From Candidatus Latescibacterota bacterium (GTDB taxonomy: Bacteria > Latescibacterota > UBA2968 > SICM01), in NCBI GenBank assembly GCA_965217865.1, contig CBDCJO010000002.1, positions 416,001 to 480,000 on the forward strand: a DNA stretch of 64,000 nucleotides, in the 5' to 3' direction. Made by a program: the position numbers and the translations under genes. Each line of letters opens with the position of its first letter. Positions within the stretch are counted from its first letter, which is position 1. This document shows positions 1 through 9,346 of this stretch, piece by piece. The notes beneath the pieces are model-generated. The model did no database searches. It was not told where the DNA came from and saw nothing but the letters and a program-made list of their open reading frames with translations.

Positions 1-1
1 G

Positions 2-1720
2 GATCTCTGGTTTTACGACCTGACGCAGTGCGAGCCCGGAAATGCGATTTCCCGGGACGGAAGGGATGGCACCTGGATCGCCGTGGACTATGAAGTCGAA
101 GACGGGGTGGGGGTCATGCTCTACAGTACGCCCGGTTCCGACGCCCCTCCGCTGAAATTGCGCCTGCACGCCGAGGGCTGGCACGAGATTCGTATTGGCA
201 TTTACTACTCTGCGGGGGCAGGGCATGTCGGAGACCGCATCCTGTGTGCGAGATTATCCGGAGACCCTGCATTCAGCCGGTTCCGGCCAGAACTCTGTGT
301 AGGATCGAAAGATGGAGTTTATCCCGAAAAGGTGTTAGGAACCTGGGACATCGCCGAGGCCTTTTGGAAATGCGCGGACCTGAGCGGACAGGACCTGATC
401 ATCGGCCGGCCGCCGAGAGGCCAGACAGCGGGCTCAGAGACGAACATCGCTTTCGTCCGGTTGGTTCCGATGGATGACGCCGGAATCTCTGCGTGGAAGG
501 GAGAACAGCCTTCGGAACATACGAAGATTCTCATCGGGAACTATGATGGCGGCAACCGGGGCCAGTGGGGGGTGTCCACGCCTGAGGATTTCCTCGCAGA
601 GTTCGAGTGTCTGAGAGACAGCGACTTCGATATCGCGCTATATGCTGTGGCGGCCTGCTGCAGAACAGGCTATCCCTCAAAGGTCGGGACTTACGTCCGT
701 TCCGCACCGTGGGCGATGGAGTGCTGGAAGAACGGGATCGATCCCCTGGCCGAAGCGATTAAAGCGGCGCACGCATGCGGCGTCAAGCTGTTTCCGCAGA
801 ACCGGCTCGTTGGGCTGAACCTTCCCCCGGTCGGCAACGCAGGGGTCCACGCGGGCGAGTTCATCGCGGAGCATCAGGAGTGGCTCTGCACCTATGGCGA
901 TGGAAAACCGACGCGCCATCTTTCGATGGCCTTCCAGGGGGTGCGAGACTTCTACGTCAGCATGCTGCGCGAATGGGTGGAGGACTACGAAGCCGATGGA
1001 GTCAATGTCCTGTTCAGCCGGTCCTTTCCGTTCGCCTACTACGAAGAGCCGGTATGTAAAGCATTTCAAGATGAATACGGTGAGGATATGCGGAACCTGC
1101 CCGTAAGCGATGAGAGGGTTCAGCGTACACGTGCGCGCTTCGTGACCCTCTTTCTCCGGGAGGTCCGAACGATGCTCGACGAAGTGGGAAAGGCTCAGGG
1201 GCGATATATCCCGAACTGCTACCTGGTTCCCTTGCACAACTCCCCCACCGATATTCCGGATGAAGCGCGCGAATCATCCCTTGCCGAGTGCCTGTTCAAC
1301 GCCCTGGACGTGCCGGCATGGATCCGGGAGGGCCTGGTCGATTACCTTGTCCTGCATCTGCACATGTACGGAGAGCACGATGGAACCAGCGTTCAGCCCA
1401 AAATCCGGGAGGTCACGGACCTGGCCAAAGGAACCCGTACAAAGGTACACGTGGACATTTATCCTCGACGAATGCCCCCCCGTCAGTACCGGAAAATCGC
1501 GATAAGCTACTACGATGCGGGCGCCGACGGCCTGGCCTTCTGGGACTCCTATAACCGCTACTTCCGGGCAAGCGAATGGGCCTTTGTCAAGCGACTGGGT
1601 CATCGGGATGACCTGCCGGGATGGGAGGGCAAGGGGGATGACAACTATCGAGTCGTGCCGCTGAAGAGCCTTGACGGATTCCCGATGGGACGTGAATATT
1701 CCGGACCGACGGATGGATAA
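2..1720 (+). CDS. GHL10/DUF187-like glycoside hydrolase TIM barrel with N-terminal beta domain (5' partial)
   Basis: Frame is open from the window edge (DLWFYDLTQCEPG...). Motifs DPLAEAIKAAHACG, LSMAFQGVRDFY, YEADGVNVLFSR and YYDAGADGLAFWD. N-terminal WKCADLSGQDL is shared with 6807-9053. Confidence 0.7.
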   Translation, partial: DLWFYDLTQCEPGNAISRDGRDGTWIAVDYEVEDGVGVMLYSTPGSDAPPLKLRLHAEGWHEIRIGIYYSAGAGHVGDRILCARLSGDPAFSRFRPELCVGSKDGVYPEKVLGTWDIAEAFWKCADLSGQDLIIGRPPRGQTAGSETNIAFVRLVPMDDAGISAWKGEQPSEHTKILIGNYDGGNRGQWGVSTPEDFLAEFECLRDSDFDIALYAVAACCRTGYPSKVGTYVRSAPWAMECWKNGIDPLAEAIKAAHACGVKLFPQNRLVGLNLPPVGNAGVHAGEFIAEHQEWLCTYGDGKPTRHLSMAFQGVRDFYVSMLREWVEDYEADGVNVLFSRSFPFAYYEEPVCKAFQDEYGEDMRNLPVSDERVQRTRARFVTLFLREVRTMLDEVGKAQGRYIPNCYLVPLHNSPTDIPDEARESSLAECLFNALDVPAWIREGLVDYLVLHLHMYGEHDGTSVQPKIREVTDLAKGTRTKVHVDIYPRRMPPRQYRKIAISYYDAGADGLAFWDSYNRYFRASEWAFVKRLGHRDDLPGWEGKGDDNYRVVPLKSLDGFPMGREYSGPTDG

Positions 1721-1772
1721 GATAAACTGTCGCACCCAGGCGTGGGATGTGGAACGGGGGGGCCATCTGGCG

Positions 1773-1821
1773 TCACGCCTTTCCTGTCTCACGTTTGCCG
1801 TTTCACGTCTCACGTTTGACG
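1773..1821 (+). repeat. short tandem heptamer patch (TCTCACG/TTTCACG)
   Basis: gtctcacgtttgccgtttcacgtctcacgtttgacg in the intergenic spacer. Confidence 0.7.
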
Positions 1822-1843
1822 AATCTTAAATGCGAGACAACAT

Positions 1844-3295
1844 ATGAAGTCCAGAAAATCGAACAGGAAGGGCCCGCTGTGGATCGACTCGCGCCTGGAG
1901 CTGTTCGTGGACGACTATCTCATCGATCGCACGAGAGGCGTACGTCTCGTGCTCCAGAGGCCCATTGACGCGGGCAGGATGATCGACTTCAACCAACCCT
2001 GGGAGGGGCGCCACAGCCTCGTCCTCTGCTTTATCGAAGAACAAGGCAAGTTCCGGATCTACTACCGGGCTGGAATGTATGGATCAAAAACACCCTTCCA
2101 TCTCTGCTGTGCCGAAAGCACCGACGGCGTTCACTGGACAAAGCCGAATCTCGGGATCCATACGTTTTCCGGAAAAAAGAGAAACAACATCACCTATCTG
2201 GAAGACCACTTCTTTTGCTTCAAGGATAAGAACCCCGGCGAACCCCCTCGAAGACGCTACAAGGGGCTGAATTACGTTCGCGCCAATTCCGGCGCAGTAG
2301 GTGTAGGGACGCTGATTTCTTCCGACGGGCTACGATGGAAACGGTGGCGCAGGGAGCCGGTCATCACAGGAGGTCCCCTGGACACGATGACAACGGCCAT
2401 GTGGGATTCGAGGCGCGGGCACTACCTGGGTTATACGCGCAACTGGGTGACCACGGAAAAGGGCTTCGCAATCCCGCCGGAGCTGGACGCGCGCCCTGAG
2501 AAATACCATCTATGGTATAAACAGCGGAACCGGGTGCGGGCCATTACGTGGATGACATCGAAGGACTTTCTAAACTGGTCCCCGCAGGAGTGGGTCGTTT
2601 ACAATGAGGGAACCCCGATCGAGCATCTCTACACGAACTCGATCGCTCCCTATTTCCGAGCGCCGCACATCCAGACCGCGTTTCCGATGCGATACGTCCC
2701 CGACCGGAGTATCATCCCGGGGTGGGAGGGCAGCGCACCGGCCCGTTCCCACGGGTGCTCCGATGCGGTCTTTATGAGCAGCCGGGACGGGCTCCACTGG
2801 GATCGTCGCTTCCTGGAGGCCTTCATCCGTCCGGGCCTGGACCAGGGCAACTGGACGGATCGAAATCTGATCATCGCGCCCGGCGTGATCCGGACAGGCC
2901 CTGGAGAGATGTCCGTCTACTACACGGGCCACTATGGCCACGACGATTGCCATATGCGGCGAGGCGTTTTCAGGCTCGACGGCTTTGTTTCGGCGAGCGC
3001 CGATTACCGGGGTGGCGAGTTGCTCACCAAACCCCTGGTCTTTTCAGGGAAGGAGCTGGTAATCAACTATTCAACGTCGGCCGTGGGCAGCATCCGGGTA
3101 GAAATTCGGGATGAGGAGGGCCATCCGATAAAGGGATTCTCGCTTCGGGATGCTGCTGAAACCGTCGGAGACCGAATCGAAGGCCTGGTATTCTGGAAGG
3201 ACAGCCCTGACGTCAGCTCTTTAGCCGGAGTGCCGGTGCGCCTTCGGTTTGTCCTCAAGGACGCAGATCTCTATGCAATCCGATTCCGCGAGTAA
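1844..3295 (+). CDS. putative five-bladed beta-propeller glycoside hydrolase (GH32/43/130-like) with C-terminal beta-sandwich
   Basis: ELFVDDYLID N-terminus, AESTDGVHWTKPNLG, SSDGLRW, SRDGLHW, RLDGFVSA and LRFVLKDADLYAIRF C-terminus. Confidence 0.65.
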   Translation: MKSRKSNRKGPLWIDSRLELFVDDYLIDRTRGVRLVLQRPIDAGRMIDFNQPWEGRHSLVLCFIEEQGKFRIYYRAGMYGSKTPFHLCCAESTDGVHWTKPNLGIHTFSGKKRNNITYLEDHFFCFKDKNPGEPPRRRYKGLNYVRANSGAVGVGTLISSDGLRWKRWRREPVITGGPLDTMTTAMWDSRRGHYLGYTRNWVTTEKGFAIPPELDARPEKYHLWYKQRNRVRAITWMTSKDFLNWSPQEWVVYNEGTPIEHLYTNSIAPYFRAPHIQTAFPMRYVPDRSIIPGWEGSAPARSHGCSDAVFMSSRDGLHWDRRFLEAFIRPGLDQGNWTDRNLIIAPGVIRTGPGEMSVYYTGHYGHDDCHMRRGVFRLDGFVSASADYRGGELLTKPLVFSGKELVINYSTSAVGSIRVEIRDEEGHPIKGFSLRDAAETVGDRIEGLVFWKDSPDVSSLAGVPVRLRFVLKDADLYAIRFRE

Positions 3296-3336
3296 GATTT
3301 TTCACGCCGATGTAAACAATTAAACCATTCGAACTT

Positions 3337-3390
3337 CCCCTCTCCCGGCACCCGGGAGAGGGGTGCCGAGCTTGCGAGGCGGGGTGAGGG
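3337..3390. repeat. REP-like palindrome (CCCCTCTCCC...GGGAGAGGGG...GGGGTGAGGG type)
   Basis: inverted repeat cccctctcccgg / ccgggagagggg followed by ggggtgaggg. Confidence 0.7.
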
Positions 3391-3452
3391 AGCAAACGGC
3401 GACTCCCCTGCTCCAACTCGATCTGTGGGTTTAGCGGGCCTTTAGAATTACA

Positions 3453-3497
3453 ACTGCCACTGCTACTGCCAGTGCTACTGTCTTTCCGCTTCACGTT
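3453..3497 (+). repeat. hexamer/heptamer patch (CTGCCA/CTGCTA)
   Basis: ctgccactgctactgccagtgctactg. Confidence 0.7.
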
Positions 3498-3529
3498 CTT
3501 TAGTTCCGGAAATCCCGAACCGGGCGGGG

Positions 3530-3723
3530 GTAGGAGCCAGCCTTGTCCTGAGCGAAGCCGAAGGATCTGCTGGCGAACGGGGATTTTCCTTTTTGCTGAC
3601 GCCATAGTTCTCCGATTGGAGTCGAGTCCTACAGAATCAAAGGGGATATCAAACTAAAAATCCAGGGTTTCCGATCCCCGAATCACGATCCACGGGCTTT
3701 CGTCGCCAGGAGGCGGCTCCTAC
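3530..3723. repeat. GTAG-type REP doublet; left REP is interrupted by a 25-nt insert
   Basis: gtaggagccagc[cttgtcctgagcgaagccgaaggat]ctgctggcgaa, with inverted partner tcgccaggaggcggctcctac. Confidence 0.65.
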
Positions 3724-3749
3724 CATAATCATTTTCACGAGGCCAATGA

Positions 3750-5331
3750 ATGATGTCTTTACGCGAGCGACAGCGACTAATTATGACCTTTGGCGGCACC
3801 AGCGGGAATGCCCGCGTTCCCGAACAAGCCGAACGTGAGATTCGCTCTCTTGTCCAGTGTTTCGAGGGCTCCCATATCGGGATCATGCAGCGTGGAATCG
3901 GCACCATCAGAGCCTTTCAGAGGTCCGAAGTGCTCGAAGTGTGGGAACCCCTTGAGTCGCTGCTCGAGGCCGGCGTAGACCTCATGGCCGTCTTCGTGGA
4001 CGAGTGTCACCGATGCGGAATCCAGGCCTGGGGGAGCCGTCGGATGAACGACAGTCACCATACGTATTCGGATGAACGACAGTCACCATACGTATAAGGT
4101 ACTGGACGTCGACAGGTACCAGACACGGTTCTACAGGGAACATCCCGAATTGAGGTTGAAATCCCACGGGATAAATCAGGTCTCGGGATCATACGATTGG
4201 AATAAACCGCAGATCGCCGAGCAGAACCTGGCTTTTATGCGAGAGGTTGTCGAGAACTATGACGTGGACGGCATGGACCTGGACTTCACACGCATCCCTC
4301 CCTTTTTCAACCCCGACGAAAAGGCACAGGGACGTGAGGCCATGAACCAGCACGTTCGCGATGTACGGTCAATGCTGGATGAGGTGGGGGTGAAGAAGGG
4401 AAAGTCACTGGGGCTATCCGCGCAGCTATACGCGGAGGACTCCCTGTGGAAACAGTTTGACGCGCACCCCGAGGATGATATCCGGGTGCACTTCAACTCC
4501 GGACTCGACGCGTCCACCTGGGCGCGGGAGGGCTTGCTGGACTACCTGATCGCGCACTGCCGTTCGGACAACCTGTTTGAAATGGGCATCTCGGCCTGGG
4601 GAAAGGCCGTTGAGGGGACAAGCTGCCGACTGGTGGCCGGTCCGGGAAAGCCCGTCCGCTTCAAGTTCGGTCGCGGAGGCCTGATCGACGGATTCCCCGC
4701 CAGCCGGACGAATCGCCTGGAGCACCGGGCCATCGCGCACAGACTCTACGAGCAGGGCGCCGCCGGGGTCTTCTTCTACGACTATGTGATCCGGGAAAAC
4801 GAGCTTCAATGGGGGGTGTTCCGGGAGCTGGGAGATCCGGAACGGATTCGGAACGCCAACAAGACCTACATCTTCCAGATGGCCCTGCCTCTGAATTTGG
4901 GCCTCCCGCCCGAGGGAGGCAAAGCGGAGATGGAGATCGATGTGCCGGACGACATTCCGGCAGCGCTTGCGGAGGGTCATCCGGTGCGTACCAGGCTGCT
5001 GCTCAACATCACGCATCTGTTCACGCCGGACGATATCATGCTTCAGGTCAACGGTCAGGACGTGAAGGTGCGTCGCGAACAGGGTATCACCACGCCGTTG
5101 ACGATCACGGACCATCAGGAGGACAGTCCTCAGTGTCACTTAGAGGCTGTGGTGAATCCCGCGCTGTTTGTGAAAGGCCGTAACAGGTTGAGCCTTAGGC
5201 TTCGGCCTGTGGGGAAGAAGCCTCCGGGATTTAGTCCGCAGCCGAGCGAAGTCCGTAAGGTTGATCTCGAAGTTGAGTATCGCGACGAGACTTATCCCTA
5301 CTGGCTTGCATTGCAGCTGGATCAGCAATAA
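3750..5331 (+). pseudogene. GHL10-like glycoside hydrolase, frameshifted by a 28-bp tandem duplication
   Basis: ORFs 3750-4097 and 4072-5331 share RMNDSHHTY because of the exact duplication at 4040-4067/4068-4095. Colinear with the intact paralog 58315-59907 (WGSRRMNDGHHTY, EHRAIAHRLYEQGA, EIDVPDDIP). Confidence 0.85.
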
Positions 5332-5409
5332 TTCGGTTGGTGAACTGAGATAAGTCTTAGCCATCGCCGCGATGGCGTACCCAAAGAGAGCGAAAGGGAG
5401 CTGACTGCG

Positions 5410-6516
5410 ATGGAAGAATGGAGAGAAAACTCAAGCAGCGACTGGGACCTGCACGAGCGACGAGTGCGCATCGGCGAATCTGTGACCATCGCCCCGCCGA
5501 CGGGCGGTGGAGGGGAACACATCGCAAAGCTTCCGGATGGCAGCATCATCATCAACGCAAAGGATGAGGAGGGGGCGTACGGCCTGATCTCGTTCGACGA
5601 GGGTCGTACCTGGACAAGGACAGCCGGGCATCACCCACACTGTCTGAAGGACGGTACCATACTGGCCTACGAGGGATTTCCAACGGAGTCGTTAGGAGAT
5701 GGAAAATTTACACACGCGATGTGGCGCGGGAAGGAAACCTTCGCCAGCCTTCGTCCCGAGATGTGCACCGTGTTCGCTCCAAAAGCAGTTCGGGGGACGG
5801 GTGACAATGGGGTGGTTAACGCGATCAAAGGCATGATCATATCCAGTCCCACGATCACGGAACTTCCGGAAGGTCGCCTTCTTGCCACGATGTACGGATG
5901 GTTTGATGAGGATACCGTCCCCAAAACGGATCCCGCATATCAAGGAGGCACGGACAGGGATATACCTCACCTCAAGTACCGAAGCATAGTCGTCGAGTCG
6001 AACGATCGCGGTTTCACCTGGCGATACCTGTCCACGATCGCCGCGCGCCCGTATGGCTTGGAAGGGCCATGCGAACCATCGATGGTGCGGGTGGGGAACG
6101 GAGACCTGATCACAGTCATGCGATTCGGAAGGAGGACGCCCCTCCATCAGGCCAGATCACAGGACAATGGAAAATCCTGGGACCCGCCTCGACCGTTACA
6201 CACCTTCGGCGTCGCCCCCTACATGATCGTGATGAGCGACAACACCGTGGCCTGCGCGTATGGCGTCAAGCCGGATCTCTGGGGCGGCCAGCAGCGCAGG
6301 GAGGCGCGCATTATGTTTTCCTTCGACAGCGGTCATTCGTGGGCAATCGACAAGCTGGTTTACGGCGGTGAAGCGGGATCCTACCCCGGCATATGCGAGA
6401 TCAACCCGGGTGAGCTTCTTTTTTCGTACTGTCCATCGGTCTGGGCCTTGCCCGGCGATTCCACGCCTCCGAAGCGATGCGTTCGTGTGGCCAGAATCAC
6501 CGTGCTTCCGCAATGA
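5410..6516 (+). CDS. sialidase-like (BNR/Asp-box) beta-propeller protein
   Basis: Asp boxes SFDEGRTW, SNDRGFTW, SQDNGKSW and SFDSGHSW; CEPSMV; SYP near the C-terminus. Confidence 0.8.
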   Translation: MEEWRENSSSDWDLHERRVRIGESVTIAPPTGGGGEHIAKLPDGSIIINAKDEEGAYGLISFDEGRTWTRTAGHHPHCLKDGTILAYEGFPTESLGDGKFTHAMWRGKETFASLRPEMCTVFAPKAVRGTGDNGVVNAIKGMIISSPTITELPEGRLLATMYGWFDEDTVPKTDPAYQGGTDRDIPHLKYRSIVVESNDRGFTWRYLSTIAARPYGLEGPCEPSMVRVGNGDLITVMRFGRRTPLHQARSQDNGKSWDPPRPLHTFGVAPYMIVMSDNTVACAYGVKPDLWGGQQRREARIMFSFDSGHSWAIDKLVYGGEAGSYPGICEINPGELLFSYCPSVWALPGDSTPPKRCVRVARITVLPQ

Positions 6517-6548
6517 CCTAAGCCCCCCTTCGCCCACGTATAACGATT

Positions 6549-6676
6549 GTAGGGGCGGACCTGTGTGTCCGCCCATCGATAGGATGTGGAGGAATCACCG
6601 GGCGAGGCACCGCCTCGCCCCTACGGGAAATGAACGGTCCGGCATGGTGTAGGGGCACGGCATGCCGTGCCCCTAC
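6549..6676. repeat. cluster of GTAG-type REP palindromes
   Basis: gtaggggcggacctgtgtgtccgccc; gggcgaggcaccgcctcgcccctac; gtaggggcacggcatgccgtgcccctac. Confidence 0.85.
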
Positions 6677-6806
6677 GAGGAAATCTGTTTCAAAATATTC
6701 TTAACGAACAAACAAAATTCGGTCATGCACCCCAATAAAAACCAAGACCCACTGCTTCCCATTCTTTATTCTGGCTTCTTTTGTCTGTATTCTTTTTTCA
6801 CGGAGG

Positions 6807-9053
6807 TTGATGGTGGAAGCTAACCGAAGTGAAGTATTGATCAGCGATCTGAGCCGATGCGTGCCGATTGACACGGTCGGCGAGGGTGAGATAGATCGGC
6901 AAACCGTGATGGTCTCGGATTTCAGTGTGTGTCAACCGGGGATTTACGTCTCGACCGAGCCCCAGGTTCCGGGGATCTGGCAGTTGCTGGACTATGAGGC
7001 GGGCGAGGTGAAGGGTATCGCGCTGTTCGGTACGCAGAACACCCGGGCGCAGCCGGTTGTGGTTCCGTTAAGAGAACAAAACCTCCGTGGATGGTACGAA
7101 ATTCGTTACGGTATGTGGGACGTGAGCGGACCGAGCCACCGGCCCCCGGGAGAGGGCCTGCGGGCAAAGCTCACGGACGATCCGGCCTGGTCAGTCTGGC
7201 GGTCGGACATGCAGGTTAAGCGAGCCGAGGTTGTGGAGCACGTATGGAAGATCGCGGACCTGACCGGACAGGACCTGCACCTGGCGCAGATTCCGTGGAT
7301 GAAGGACCTGACGCTGAGAGGCTTGTTGGCGTGGGTCAAGCTTATCCCCATCCCGACCCCAACCGGGGTGAACACCCACACCGATACCTGGAGATTGACT
7401 GAATATCAGGCTTCAGAGTCTGGCACTGCTCCCGGCATCGCGATCGAAGCGGACGAGGACTGCCTGGGCTGCGAGGCCATCTTACACCTGGAGGATAGGT
7501 CCCTTAGTGGGTGGTATGATATCTATGCCGCGCTTTATGATCCGGGGTCTCCATATGACAGGTATTATTACAGTGGCCTGGATATGAAGCTGACCGACGA
7601 TTTGAGTTTCTACTATCTTTCGCTCTACTCTCCGATCATTCCGAACGTTACGAAACCTTTCCCCGCGAAACGCAGCCTGCTTCGAGAGCGGTTCTGGAAA
7701 CGAGCGAAAATGGACGGACAGAATATCCACCTCCGACAGACACGCTCAACAGACGAGGTCAGGCACGGTTATAAGCCGGATTATGCCCCGTTCAACGTTC
7801 GGTGCGGCGTCGCTTGGGTTCGCCTTGTCCAGGTCAAATCCCCAGCCCAGCCCTCTGCGGCGGCCCGGCCGGCGAGGCCTCGCCTCGTCCAATGGTCGGA
7901 TCTGCAACACGGTCAGGTCAATACGGAGGGCGAGGTGCGCGTTCAGCTAGACTGGCTTCGGGCTGAGCCTTATAACACGTTCCTGCTGGATATCAACGGC
8001 GCCCCGGACAAAACCCGGTACCCGACCAGAATCGGTCGGGCTATGGACAAGTACGAGGTTGTGCTCCGTTACATCGACAGCCGAATGATCGAGACGAATG
8101 CGGAAATGATCCGCAATGGGGTGAATTGCCTGGCCGTCTGGGCGGACGAGGCCAGGAAACTCGGACTGGACTTCTGGATCTTTTTCCGCCTCGGCGCCTG
8201 GGGATACGCTCAACCCTGGCAGGTCTTCGGCGGGCCGTTCTTCAAGGAGCATCCGGAGTGCCTGGCTGTGGACAAAGACGGGAGCCTCTGGCATACGATG
8301 AGTTACGCGTTTCCGGCTGTGAGAAAGTACATGGTGGATCTCTACCAAGAGGTGATCGAGATCAGCCGTTCGGAGGGCGGGAGGTGCGACGGGATCGTAC
8401 TCGGCTTCTGCCGGGGTCCTATCTTTCTGGGTTACGAGCCCCACGTCTGTGAGGCCTTCGAGGAGGAATTCGGAGATGATCCACGGCAGCTTCCCGATGA
8501 GGATGCCTGCTGGCTGAAGTTCCGGGCGCGCTACCTGACAAAACTCCTGGAGGACCTTCGCCCCATGGTCGACCAGGAATCAGCCAAACAGGGAGGGAAT
8601 ATCCAGCTCGTGGCAGACGCCTACGGCAACGAGGCGATCAATCTGCGTTTCGGGCTGGACGTGCGGGACTGGGTGGAAAAGGGCCTTCCCAACGTGATCC
8701 AGGTCCACGGAAACTTTGCCGGGGGGGCGTTCGACCGCGAATTTTACAAAGAGATCAAGGCCCTGGGTAAAGGCAGCGTTGAGATCATCATCGGGGGTTT
8801 AGACGTGCTCGAATTTGAACAATGGAAGAAGGAGTATTTAAATGATTTCGATGGGCTCGCGATGGATGGCCCCCTCTCGCCCCGGGGGTTCGACGAGACA
8901 CATCCAATCAAACGGGAAGGGAATCTGTCTCTGGACACCTCCTCTCCCCCGATATCTCGAACGCCAGCACCCGGCGAGATCACCGGCCAGTCCCGGGTCG
9001 ACCGGATTCAGGGTCTGAATATCGGAAAACCTTTCTACGCAGCCGGGCTTTAG
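6807..9053 (+). CDS. GHL10/DUF187-like glycoside hydrolase with duplicated N-terminal beta domain
   Basis: GGAGG RBS. Two repeats of L.GWY.I...KLTDD...W.....GQ.LHL...AWV.L. C-terminal barrel motifs HPECLAVD, SYAFPAVRKY and CDGIVLGFCRGP. Confidence 0.7.
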   Translation: MMVEANRSEVLISDLSRCVPIDTVGEGEIDRQTVMVSDFSVCQPGIYVSTEPQVPGIWQLLDYEAGEVKGIALFGTQNTRAQPVVVPLREQNLRGWYEIRYGMWDVSGPSHRPPGEGLRAKLTDDPAWSVWRSDMQVKRAEVVEHVWKIADLTGQDLHLAQIPWMKDLTLRGLLAWVKLIPIPTPTGVNTHTDTWRLTEYQASESGTAPGIAIEADEDCLGCEAILHLEDRSLSGWYDIYAALYDPGSPYDRYYYSGLDMKLTDDLSFYYLSLYSPIIPNVTKPFPAKRSLLRERFWKRAKMDGQNIHLRQTRSTDEVRHGYKPDYAPFNVRCGVAWVRLVQVKSPAQPSAAARPARPRLVQWSDLQHGQVNTEGEVRVQLDWLRAEPYNTFLLDINGAPDKTRYPTRIGRAMDKYEVVLRYIDSRMIETNAEMIRNGVNCLAVWADEARKLGLDFWIFFRLGAWGYAQPWQVFGGPFFKEHPECLAVDKDGSLWHTMSYAFPAVRKYMVDLYQEVIEISRSEGGRCDGIVLGFCRGPIFLGYEPHVCEAFEEEFGDDPRQLPDEDACWLKFRARYLTKLLEDLRPMVDQESAKQGGNIQLVADAYGNEAINLRFGLDVRDWVEKGLPNVIQVHGNFAGGAFDREFYKEIKALGKGSVEIIIGGLDVLEFEQWKKEYLNDFDGLAMDGPLSPRGFDETHPIKREGNLSLDTSSPPISRTPAPGEITGQSRVDRIQGLNIGKPFYAAGL

Positions 9054-9208
9054 AGGATTGTTACTAAAGTCAAACTGTACTTTAGGCGACATCCCCCTTC
9101 CCTTTAGGGAAGCCACGTCCTGAGCGAAGTCGAAGGAGGGGCTCAGGGGGTTTGACACCCGATCGATTTTTTTACGTTCGTCAAAACTACCCTGAATTTG
9201 AAGAGGTT

Positions 9209-9346
9209 TTTCAATCTTCAATCCTCGATCTTCAATTTTCCCCGATCCCTGCTCTGACATCCGACCCCCGACTTTGCACTCTCCATTTCGCATTTTGCAT
9301 TTTCCCCTGGCCTCCGACCCCCGACCTCTGGCCCCTGACTTTTTCA
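9209..9346 (+). repeat. modular heptamer patch (TCTTCAA, TTTTGCA, CCGACCY, CTGGCCY)
   Basis: ttcaatcttcaatcctcgatcttcaa...cattttgcattt...ctccgacccccgacctctggcccctgac. Confidence 0.75.
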
